This document shows, piece after piece, positions 1 through 7,790 of a stretch of 16,435 bases of DNA. Source of the DNA: Candidatus Hydrogenedentota bacterium (GTDB taxonomy: Bacteria > Hydrogenedentota > Hydrogenedentia > Hydrogenedentales > SLHB01); the NCBI GenBank assembly GCA_045863335.1, contig BTVY01000041.1, positions 1 through 16,435 on the forward strand, written 5' to 3'. Position numbers and translations under genes: made by a program. The stretch's first letter is position 1, and each line of letters opens with the position of its first letter. The notes below the pieces were generated by a model, which saw only the letters and a program-made list of their open reading frames with translations, ran no database searches and was not told the DNA's origin.

Positions 1-39
1 GACGCAGAATGTATTTCGAGCGGTACTGCAAGAACTGCA

Positions 40-186
40 CCCCTTCAAAGGGGGAGCGCGCGCATGCCGAAGTTTGGCCGGTTCGCATGATGATTACTGC
101 CGCAGTCGGGGACTATCGTGCGCGAAGCGCGCAACGCGGATGCGTTGCGCGAATTCCCCCTTCGACAGTGGATTAAGGGGGATGTT
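40..186. repeat. Cluster of short palindromes, degenerate REP-like pair
   Basis: CCCCTT-CA-AAGGGG at 40-53; perfect 10-bp stem CGCGCAACGC-ggat-GCGTTGCGCG at 128-151; TCCCCCTT-12nt-AAGGGGGA at 155-182 followed by TGTT. Confidence 0.45.
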
Positions 187-292
187 CTTCGCCATTTCGG
201 TTCGCCACGGAGTTGGCTCCACGCCCATGCATCGAGTTGGATTTCGTGCGGGCGACCAGCTTAAATAGATGAAGGCAGGGGAGGGATGACGA

Positions 293-1159
293 ATGCCCAC
301 GTTTGCGGAAGAACTTTCAGCAAAGCTGAGCGTTATCGAAGATCTGCCAACCTTGCCCGCGATCATTCTGGAACTGGAGCGCATGCTCCACAACGACATG
401 GTCAGCGCGGCGGAGGTCGGCGTGGTCATCGAGGAAGATCCGGCGATTGCCGCAAGCGTGTTGCGCGTGGCCAACTCGGCCATGTTCTACAGCAGCGTGT
501 CGGGCACCATCGTCTCCATCCGCGACGCCATCGTTCGCCTCGGGTTCAAGGAGATCCATCAGGTCGTGTCGGCGGCGGCCTTCATTCGCGCCTTCGGAAA
601 ACTCGCGCGCCGCGTCGATCCCCAGCACTTCTGGAAGCGGAGTCTGTCCACCGCCGTCGCCGGTCGCGTCATTGCGAACGCCATCACCAAGCAGGTTTCG
701 TTTTTCGAGGAAGATGCGTATGTGGCGGGTTTGCTCCACGACATCGGCCTGCTCGTGCTCGACCAGCTTTTCGCCGAGGCCTACGATCAGGTGGAGGCCG
801 CGATGGGAGGTCAGCCAGTTTCCTGGGCGGAAAAGGAACGCGAAGTGCTTGGCCTCGACCACGGCCAGATCGGCGGACTGCTGCTGGAGAACTGGAACCT
901 GCCCGAAATCGTCGTGGAAGCCGTCCGCTGGCACAACCAACCCGGCCATGCCAAACCCGACGCACTCGTCACCGCACAAGGCGTTCAGCTTGCCGAACTC
1001 GTTGCCGAAACCCTCGACACCGAAGAAACTCCAGAGGAACAGATGCAGGCACTGCTGGCCCACCCCTACTGGGAGATCTTCGGAATCGACCAAGCCCACG
1101 CCGCCAAAGTCCTCGAAGACACCCGCAGCCAAAGCAATCCCGTGTTTGCCTTGGTGTAA
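293..1159 (+). CDS. HDOD domain-containing signal transduction protein, standalone (288 aa)
   Basis: HDOD hallmarks LPTLP, EEDPAIAASVLRVANSAMF, SIRDAIVRLG, FWKRS, AYVAGLLHDIG, DHGQIGGLLLENWNLP; purine-rich GGGGAGGG RBS upstream. Confidence 0.92.
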   Translation: MPTFAEELSAKLSVIEDLPTLPAIILELERMLHNDMVSAAEVGVVIEEDPAIAASVLRVANSAMFYSSVSGTIVSIRDAIVRLGFKEIHQVVSAAAFIRAFGKLARRVDPQHFWKRSLSTAVAGRVIANAITKQVSFFEEDAYVAGLLHDIGLLVLDQLFAEAYDQVEAAMGGQPVSWAEKEREVLGLDHGQIGGLLLENWNLPEIVVEAVRWHNQPGHAKPDALVTAQGVQLAELVAETLDTEETPEEQMQALLAHPYWEIFGIDQAHAAKVLEDTRSQSNPVFALV

Positions 1160-1183
1160 AGGGGCACGGCGCTAAGCCTGCGA

Positions 1184-1993
1184 TCACGGTTCCAGTTCGC
1201 GCACTTTGGTGGCTACGAAAATCATCTCACGCGAGTCGTCCGCGAAGGGTGACTTGTCAAAGTCCCCGAAAACATCGACGACGGAAAAGCCGCGGCGTGC
1301 CAACATGTGCTCGATTTCGTACCGGAAGAAGTACCGGAAGGGAAACGCGTGTACGAGCTGTTCTTCGCGCCCGTCCGGATGCGTGACGTAGAAGATCATC
1401 TCCACATCCATCATTTGCCGGGACCGGTATTGGGCCTTGATTCGGTGCGCCTGGCGCAACACGCTGCCGTCAGAACGGGTGACGCCAGTGCAGTCCTCCT
1501 GCTCGTTGAAGCAGCTCGGGCTGCACAGGTACTCCAGATTTGGGTGGAAGAGATCGAGTATGAGAGTGCCGCCGGGGCGGAGGTGCCGGTTCGCGCAACG
1601 CAGACAAGCAAGTTGATCTTGCACTGAAATGAGGTGTTGAAACGGCCGAAAAGGTGTGGTGACCAGTGCGAAGGTTTCACCCAGACCGTAGTTTGTCATG
1701 TCGCCCCGGATGATGCGGACGCGATTCCGCACTTCGAACGCCGCCTTTTTCAACCTGGAGCGGCATTTCGCCAGCATGAACTCCGACAAGTCGAGTCCGA
1801 CGATTTGGCAGCCCGATTCGGCTACCGGAATGAGCACGCGACCGGTCCCACATGCCAATTCTAGAACCGGGCCGTTGACGGATCTCGCGTAGTCTACGTA
1901 GAACGCGATATCTTTGCGGGCAGCGTACGCGGGGAGTTGATCGTACAGTTCCGCAAGAAAAGGTTGGTCCTCGTATCCCCCAAATTTGCTCAT
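1184..1993 (-). CDS. Class I SAM-dependent methyltransferase (269 aa)
   Basis: Motif I VLELACGTGRV, GLDLSEFML, GDM, HLRPGGTLILD, C-terminal VFGDFD; GGAG RBS upstream. Confidence 0.9.
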   Translation of the reverse strand: MSKFGGYEDQPFLAELYDQLPAYAARKDIAFYVDYARSVNGPVLELACGTGRVLIPVAESGCQIVGLDLSEFMLAKCRSRLKKAAFEVRNRVRIIRGDMTNYGLGETFALVTTPFRPFQHLISVQDQLACLRCANRHLRPGGTLILDLFHPNLEYLCSPSCFNEQEDCTGVTRSDGSVLRQAHRIKAQYRSRQMMDVEMIFYVTHPDGREEQLVHAFPFRYFFRYEIEHMLARRGFSVVDVFGDFDKSPFADDSREMIFVATKVRELEP

Positions 1994-2106
1994 TGAGCCG
2001 CTCCAATCCGGGTATGCATGTTCATCAATTACCGGCCGTTATGCATACCAGCGTGGTGAGATCGGTGAGGGCTATGACGCACTACCGCGTCGAAGGGCGG
2101 TGTAAC

Positions 2107-2142
2107 TCACAAATATGCTTTGTCTCTCTGGTCAGGCGGCAT
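2107..2142 (-). pseudogene. N-terminal remnant of a HEPN/DUF86 (HepT-like) toxin gene: MPPDQRDKAYL-stop
   Basis: ATG overlaps the 3' end of the MNT gene (TATGCCGCCTGA). The peptide resembles the M-x-P-x-x-R-D-x-A-Y-L-W-D start common in DUF86 proteins, with TGA where TGG (Trp) is expected. No recognisable HEPN sequence follows, and only ~110 bp remain before the next gene. Confidence 0.7.
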
Positions 2143-2434
2143 AGATCACCTCCCGATGGGTAAGTATTTCTTTGCGGCGATAGGGATTGCGCAATGCTTC
2201 TTTCACGACAAGATCCACGTCACGTTTCACGATAGATATGAGGTCCTCGCGCATGGCTACCAAATCCCAAAGGTCCCAACCCGCGTCCGACTCGAAACTC
2301 ATCAGGAAGTCCAGATCGCTTTCCGGCCCGAAATCCTCCCGCAAGGCGCTGCCGAAGAAGGACAACTCGCGTATCCGCCATTTTTTGCAGAACCCGGCCA
2401 AGGCGTCTTTATTCAGTCGAACTTGTGAGTTCAT
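2132..2434 (-). CDS. Minimal nucleotidyltransferase (MNT/MntA-like antitoxin, 100 aa)
   Basis: FCKKWRIRELSFFGSALREDFGPESDLDFL (GSx10DxD), RDVDLV, LRNPYRRKEIL, C-terminal YAA; GGAGGT RBS. Confidence 0.9.
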   Translation of the reverse strand: MNSQVRLNKDALAGFCKKWRIRELSFFGSALREDFGPESDLDFLMSFESDAGWDLWDLVAMREDLISIVKRDVDLVVKEALRNPYRRKEILTHREVIYAA

Positions 2435-2517
2435 GGTTCAACCTCCCTGACGAAAAGCGTACCTCACGTCGTTCGCGGCGATCCATAGCCCCTCAAGGTA
2501 CCTTTCCTCAACGGGTA

Positions 2518-5175
2518 TCACCCCATATCCGTAGGCGTCTTGGCCCTTCGGTGCGAGGGGGTGAGGCGGTGAAGTTCGGCGAACCAGTTTTGGACGACGA
2601 CAATTTCCGAGGCGGGAGGCGCGGCGGCCGGGGCGTCGGTTTGTTTGATCATGAGGAAGCGGGAACCGTCCACGGCGATGTGGTAGGTGAAGGCGCGGAT
2701 GGCGGGGGCGAAGTAGTTCCAGGAGAACAGGCGGCGCGGTTCGGATGCGGAGAACTTCGGTTCGGTCTGGATCGTCACGGCCATGAGCGTGTCGCCTTCG
2801 CGGTAGTACAGCTCAAGCCCGTCCGGCGACCATTCCGGTTCGACGCCGCCGTCGAAGGAGACCTGCCATTTGCCGCCGCGGTCGGGAAAGGGTTGCACGT
2901 AGACTTCTTCGCGGCCGGTTTCGCCGCCCACGTATGCGATGAACCGGCCGTCCCGCGAGAGCGACGGCGCCCGCTCGAAGGCGCCGGGATCCGACCAAAG
3001 CCGCAATCCGCCGGAGCCGTCCGGCGAGCACAACGAAATATGCACGTTCTGTTTCGTGCTGTATTCGACGAGCACGACTTGCCCGCCGTCGGGCGACCAC
3101 GCGTGGGGGTGATGGACGTTGGGACTGAATTCGAGAATGGTCGGCTCGCCGGTTCCATCGACCCGTTTCCGGCAGAGCGCGGGGCGGCCGTCGTGGGACG
3201 TTGAGAAGATCAGTTCCTCGCCGTCCGGTGACCAGACGGGGTATTCGTTGTTGGACTGGTCAAAGGTGAAGCGCGCGTTCGTGCCCTTCGCCAGATCGAT
3301 GATCCAGATATCGTCCTTTACGCTCACGGCGGCGCGTTCGCCGTCGGGGGCGATTCGCGCGCACTCGTACGATTTGGCCGGCTGGCCCACCGGTTCCTCG
3401 TTGCCTTCGCGATCGATCCATACGAGCGTCCGCGTCTGGCGGAAATCCGACTCGTGGACCGTCGGCACATAAACCAAGGTGCCATCGTCGGCCACGTCGA
3501 ACTGCACGGCGGGCCACTGGGGCGCGGCAATCCGGCTTTCCGGCACGAGAACCGGCGAACCGGTCGCCCGCATGGCCGCCGCGTCGAAGGGCAGTGCCAT
3601 GACGCGTCCCCGTTGCGTGAACAAGACGTGCCCCGTCCGCACGTAGGCCGGACGCAAGGCGCTTTCCACGAGGACGGTGGTCTTGCGCGCCGCGAAATCC
3701 AGCAGCATGACGCGAATCAGATTCAGGTCCGGAGCGTAGGCCGCACCATACAGCAGGCCGCGCTCCTCGGGAACGACCGATGGCGATCCGCAGATAAACC
3801 CGCCGGTGCCTTCTTCCGGCAGCGGCAGCAACTCCGGCTCGCCGCCGGTGTCAGGAATGCGCAGCAGCTCGGAAGGCATGCCGGAAATGTAGTAGATGGT
3901 TTCCCCGGCCCAATCGACTCCCATGGGATGGCTGACCTCCGCGAGGGTCACCGGAGCGCCGCCGTGGATGGAGACCTTGCGCAAATGGCCGTCGGGGATG
4001 GTGAAGTAACAGATCCACTGCCCGTCCGGGGAGAAGGTCGGGCGAATCGCGTGTTCCGTCCCGGCGAGTGCGCGCGTTTCCAACTGGTCGAGGGGACGGA
4101 CCAGGAGCCGCCGCACGCCGTCGATCACTGCCACGTAGACAAGTTGGGTCCCATCCCGGGAAATCGCGACGGCCGGGTCCAGGTATTCGCGCGGCGGCGA
4201 AACCGGCGCGTTCGGGTCGAGCATGATCGACAGGCGGCGCACCGGGATGGAGGAGACGGCCGGCGCGCGCAATGATACCGTCCGGTCTACGTCGGAACGC
4301 CGGCCGGACCCGCTTCCTCGAAGCGCATCCCGAATTTCCAGCGCTCCGTCCGACATGTCGCGCAGGCGGTCTTTCGTGTCCTTTTCAAGACAGCGGCGCA
4401 ACAGTACGCGCACGGCTTCCGGGGTTTCCGCGGGAAGTGTGTTCCAGTCGGGTTCGGCTTCCAGAACCGCGACGAGCGCGTCGGTCGTGGTGTCGCCGTC
4501 GAATGGTGGTTTTCCCGATAGACACTCGAACAGGCAACAGCCAAAAGACCACACGTCCGTGCGCTTGTCGAGCGTCTTGCCGCGGGCCTGCTCGGGGCTC
4601 ATGTACGCGGGCGTGCCGATGAGGTGTCCGTGTTTCGTCGTATGCGCATTGCCGGACAACACTTCGGTGACCGCTTCGTTGGAAGACGTCACGGGCTCGA
4701 GAATTTTGGCGATCCCGAAGTCGAGGATCTTCGCCTGTTCATCAGGGGTAATTTTGATGTTGGCCGGCTTCAGATCGCGGTGGATGATGTTGCGGTCGTG
4801 GGCAAAGGCAAGCGCCGAGGCCACATGCTCGAAGTACGCCAACGCGCTCCGTAGGGGCAACGGTCCCCGTTGCACGCGTTGGGCGAGCGTCTCCCCTTCG
4901 ACAAGCTGCATCACGATGAAGGGAGAGGATCCATCCTTCACAAAATCGAAGATAGCTCCGATCGCAGGGTGATCCAATTGGGCAAGGGCGCGGGCTTCGC
5001 GCTCGAAACGGGCCATCCGCTCTTCGTCGCTCTTGTACGCTTCGGGCAGGACTTTGATAGCCACTTCGCGCCCGAGCTTGCCGTCGAGGGCGCGATACAC
5101 TTCGCCCATGCCGCCCGCGCCAAGCAGGCTGCGGATCTCGAATTCGCCCAGTTTTGTTCCAGCGGAAAGTGCCAC
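2518..5175 (-). CDS. Hanks-type Ser/Thr protein kinase with C-terminal TolB-like/PD40 beta-propeller repeats (885 aa)
   Basis: GAGGMGEVY, VAIK, HRDLKPAN, DFG, GTPAYMSPEQ, DVWSFG; repeated PxFSPDG/PxWSPDG motifs; terminal VVVQNWFAEL typical of this family; GTG start with GGAGG upstream. Confidence 0.93.
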   Translation of the reverse strand: MALSAGTKLGEFEIRSLLGAGGMGEVYRALDGKLGREVAIKVLPEAYKSDEERMARFEREARALAQLDHPAIGAIFDFVKDGSSPFIVMQLVEGETLAQRVQRGPLPLRSALAYFEHVASALAFAHDRNIIHRDLKPANIKITPDEQAKILDFGIAKILEPVTSSNEAVTEVLSGNAHTTKHGHLIGTPAYMSPEQARGKTLDKRTDVWSFGCCLFECLSGKPPFDGDTTTDALVAVLEAEPDWNTLPAETPEAVRVLLRRCLEKDTKDRLRDMSDGALEIRDALRGSGSGRRSDVDRTVSLRAPAVSSIPVRRLSIMLDPNAPVSPPREYLDPAVAISRDGTQLVYVAVIDGVRRLLVRPLDQLETRALAGTEHAIRPTFSPDGQWICYFTIPDGHLRKVSIHGGAPVTLAEVSHPMGVDWAGETIYYISGMPSELLRIPDTGGEPELLPLPEEGTGGFICGSPSVVPEERGLLYGAAYAPDLNLIRVMLLDFAARKTTVLVESALRPAYVRTGHVLFTQRGRVMALPFDAAAMRATGSPVLVPESRIAAPQWPAVQFDVADDGTLVYVPTVHESDFRQTRTLVWIDREGNEEPVGQPAKSYECARIAPDGERAAVSVKDDIWIIDLAKGTNARFTFDQSNNEYPVWSPDGEELIFSTSHDGRPALCRKRVDGTGEPTILEFSPNVHHPHAWSPDGGQVVLVEYSTKQNVHISLCSPDGSGGLRLWSDPGAFERAPSLSRDGRFIAYVGGETGREEVYVQPFPDRGGKWQVSFDGGVEPEWSPDGLELYYREGDTLMAVTIQTEPKFSASEPRRLFSWNYFAPAIRAFTYHIAVDGSRFLMIKQTDAPAAAPPASEIVVVQNWFAELHRLTPSHRRAKTPTDMG

Positions 5176-5244
5176 GGCGGACCACGCCTCCAGCGTCTTG
5201 CAGTCGTCATACTTATACCAGAATTTGGGGTCTCCGTTTCGTCA

Positions 5245-5273
5245 TTGACGCTTTTTAGGTGCGGGTATATATT
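5245..5273 (+). promoter_or_regulatory. Sigma70-type promoter for the small ORF at 5347
   Basis: TTGACG (5245-5250), 17-nt spacer, TATATT (5268-5273); each box matches 5 of 6 consensus positions. Confidence 0.7.
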
Positions 5274-5346
5274 GATCAACGGGCAGTTGATTTGGTGGTC
5301 ACGAGTCCACGGGGGGGCATACGGGGCGCGCGCAGGAGGGGACCCA

Positions 5347-5460
5347 ATGTCAATCATTTCCATCATTTGCTACTTCCTGGAAATACTTTGGGATGTTTTC
5401 GGAGGCGTACCCATTCTTGGCGACATCATCGACGCCATTGGTTCTTCGCTCTGCAATTGA
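5347..5460 (+). CDS. Small hydrophobic/acidic 37-aa protein of unknown function
   Basis: MSIISIICYFLEILWDVFGGVPILGDIIDAIGSSLCN; AGGAGG at 5334-5339 lies 7 nt before the ATG; upstream promoter; fills an otherwise empty intergenic gap. Confidence 0.75.
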   Translation: MSIISIICYFLEILWDVFGGVPILGDIIDAIGSSLCN

Positions 5461-5519
5461 TCGGACTTGCGACAAAACGCACTGGCGGGCTCGCTTGCGC
5501 GAACCGGCGGAAAGACTCC

Positions 5520-6767
5520 CTACTCCCCTGCCTTGCGTTTGAACCGGGCGAGCAGTTCGACGTGTTCGGTGTGGGGGAAGAGATCGACGGCTTGCATGTT
5601 GACGAGATCGTAGTGTGCGAGGAATGTCGTCATTTCCTCCGCAAGCACCGTAGGCTTGCAGGAAACGTATATGATCTCTGGAGGATTCAGGGCGACAAGC
5701 CGTTTCAGCGCCTTCGGGTGCAATCCAGCCCGGGGCGGATCGACGACGACCAGGCTGTTCGATTGAAATGCTTTCTGCGCGTGCAAGGTGTCGCGCAGGT
5801 ACTTTTCCACTTCCTGCGTAATGAACACGACGTTGTCTGCGCCGTTGACCTCCGCGTTATGGATGCCGTCGACCGAAGCATCTTCGACGCTTTCCACGGA
5901 GACCACCCGGTCCACGCGATCCGAACAGCTCAGCGCGATGCCGCCGGAGCCGCCATAGAGATCGTACAGGAACTGTGGCCGGCTTTCTTTCACCCACGAC
6001 CGGATGAAACCGTAGAGCTTCTCCGTCGCATACGTATTGGTCTGAAAAAAACTGAACGGCGAGAGTCGAAACCGGAGTTTCCGTGTCTGGGCGCCATCGG
6101 GCACCTCGAGCACTTCGTCAATCGTAGGCTTACCGTCCAGTACTGTGATTCGGTCGGCGGCGGCGATTTCCGCGCGCCCCGTGAATACCGCGTGTTGAAT
6201 GCTTTGGCATGGAAACGAAGTTTGCACCGCGTTCACGAACGACTCTGTGTCGAGTTCGCCTTCGTTGGTGATCAGCACGACCATGCGCTCGCCGGTCCGC
6301 TTGCCTTCCCGCACGAGCAGGATGCGCAGGAACCCGTCGCGGGCCTTGGAGCTGAACGCGGTCAGTTTTCGCTCGCGCGCCCATAGACGCACCGCATTGA
6401 GAAGGGATTCGGCGCCCTCCGGTCCGATGTGGCATTCCTCGATATCGAGGGTCCAATACCACTTTCCGGAGCGTTTGAACCCGAGCACGGTCTCGCGCGG
6501 GAAATCTTTGGGCGGCGGTTCAGGATAGTGTTTGCGCCCGAATGTGAGGTCGAGTTTGTTCCGGTAGTGCCAGCAATCAGGCGATGGTTCGATGGGAATC
6601 GGCTCTGACCAATGGGCGTCAAACAGCGCACGTAACGTATCGCTTTTGGTCGCGCGCTGATCGGAATAGGGCACGTCCTGAAAAGAACAGCCGCCGCACT
6701 CCCCGAAATGGAGGCAGCGGGCCTCGCTCACTTGCGCGGCGGATTCGCGTTCTGATTGATCGTTCAC
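5520..6767 (-). CDS. rlmD: RlmD/RumA-family RNA m5U methyltransferase lacking the N-terminal TRAM domain (415 aa)
   Basis: Fe-S motif CLHFGECGGC plus distal Cys (EECHI), YRNK, SFFQTN, DLYGGSGGI, VDPPRAGL, catalytic YVSC, DLFPHTEHVE. The target base is uncertain. Confidence 0.85.
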   Translation of the reverse strand: MNDQSERESAAQVSEARCLHFGECGGCSFQDVPYSDQRATKSDTLRALFDAHWSEPIPIEPSPDCWHYRNKLDLTFGRKHYPEPPPKDFPRETVLGFKRSGKWYWTLDIEECHIGPEGAESLLNAVRLWARERKLTAFSSKARDGFLRILLVREGKRTGERMVVLITNEGELDTESFVNAVQTSFPCQSIQHAVFTGRAEIAAADRITVLDGKPTIDEVLEVPDGAQTRKLRFRLSPFSFFQTNTYATEKLYGFIRSWVKESRPQFLYDLYGGSGGIALSCSDRVDRVVSVESVEDASVDGIHNAEVNGADNVVFITQEVEKYLRDTLHAQKAFQSNSLVVVDPPRAGLHPKALKRLVALNPPEIIYVSCKPTVLAEEMTTFLAHYDLVNMQAVDLFPHTEHVELLARFKRKAGE

Positions 6768-6815
6768 TAAGGATTACTTTCCGATAGAAGGATTCCAAAC
6801 TGCGTTGCGCCCTTA

Positions 6816-6844
6816 ATTATAGCGGTATCCGGACAGGATCGAAA
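6816..6844 (-). promoter_or_regulatory. Candidate sigma70 promoter for the rlmD-like gene
   Basis: Perfect TATAAT on the minus strand (6821-6816) and a weak -35 (TTTCGA) 17 nt upstream. Confidence 0.45.
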
Positions 6845-6863
6845 GTTCGGCATAGCACGTGAT

Positions 6864-6892
6864 TTGAATCCCTCTGTGTGAAGCACTAGTAT
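6864..6892 (+). promoter_or_regulatory. Candidate sigma70 promoter for nnrD-thiL
   Basis: TTGAAT (6864-6869), 17 nt, TAGTAT (6887-6892), ending 13 nt before the ATG. Confidence 0.4.
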
Positions 6893-6905
6893 CGCAAATT
6901 ACGCT

Positions 6906-7787
6906 ATGACTACCGACACGTACCACGATGCAATGCGGAGTATCCTTCCAGAGCGTCCGGAAGATGGACACAAGGGTACCTTTGGTCATGTCCTTATCCT
7001 GGCGACTTCGCGAGGATTCACCGGGACGGCACGGCTCGCGGCGGAGGCGGCGGGCCGGTCAGGCGCCGGTCTAGTCACCGTGGCAATCCCGGAGACGTTG
7101 CTCGACATTGTTGCGTCAATGCTGTGGGAATCCATGAGCCTGCCATTGCCGGCCACGGAAGCTGGATCGTTCGCGAGTTCCGCGATTGAGCCTGCCTTGT
7201 CGGCGGCGGAGAGTCGCGAAGCGGTTGTTCTGGGACCAGGCATCTCGACCCATGAAGAAACGCGCCAATTTGTCGCCGCGTTTGTCCGCGAGTGCCCCGT
7301 CCCGATGGTGATTGATGCGGATGGTCTCAATTGCCTGAGCCGGCACGTAGCTCTGCTCAAGGAATGCGACTCCCCAGTGATCTTGACACCGCATCCGGGC
7401 GAGATGGCTCGTCTCGCGGCGTGCTCGACTTCGGATGTGCAAGGAGATCGCGAGGGCATAGCGCGCCGATTCGCCGGAGAACACGGTTGCGTAGTCGTCC
7501 TGAAGGGGAAAGGCACCGTGATCGCGGCGCCGGATGGCGCATGCTGCATCAATCCCACCGGGAACTCCGGCCTCGCGACCGGCGGTACAGGGGACGTGCT
7601 CGCGGGATTTACCGGCGGCCTGCTGGCACAGGGCATGAAGCCCTACGACGCAGCGCGGCTAGGGGCGTACATGATGGGTCTTGCGGGAGACATTGCCGCG
7701 CGCAAGTTCACCCAACGTGGGATGATCGCGCGGGACGTAATCGAGTGCATTCCGGATGCGTGGCGCGAGTTGGAAGGAGTGAAGTAA
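6906..7787 (+). CDS. nnrD: ADP/ATP-dependent NAD(P)H-hydrate dehydratase, standalone YjeF-C (293 aa)
   Basis: HKGTFG, RSGAGLV, LGPG, VIDADGL, ILTPHPGEMARL, VLKG, LATGGTGDVLAG. Confidence 0.92.
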   Translation: MTTDTYHDAMRSILPERPEDGHKGTFGHVLILATSRGFTGTARLAAEAAGRSGAGLVTVAIPETLLDIVASMLWESMSLPLPATEAGSFASSAIEPALSAAESREAVVLGPGISTHEETRQFVAAFVRECPVPMVIDADGLNCLSRHVALLKECDSPVILTPHPGEMARLAACSTSDVQGDREGIARRFAGEHGCVVVLKGKGTVIAAPDGACCINPTGNSGLATGGTGDVLAGFTGGLLAQGMKPYDAARLGAYMMGLAGDIAARKFTQRGMIARDVIECIPDAWRELEGVK

Positions 7788-7790
7788 ACC

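Noticed and set aside
286-1386. Long alternative-frame ORFs (366 aa here; also 5259-6386, 9472-10518, 10829-11878 and others)
   Set aside because: They overlap well-supported genes and have no recognisable motifs, which is typical of shadow ORFs in GC-rich DNA.
5407-5430. VPILGDI in the 37-aa peptide resembles the secretin VPxLGDIP motif, and GG could mark a double-glycine leader
   Set aside because: The match is too short, with no other secretin sequence. The N-terminus lacks the ELxxxEL-type leader pattern and no peptidase-ABC transporter is nearby.
6768-6905. TPP riboswitch upstream of nnrD-thiL
   Set aside because: No CTGAGA core or other THI-box features; the region looks like a divergent promoter.
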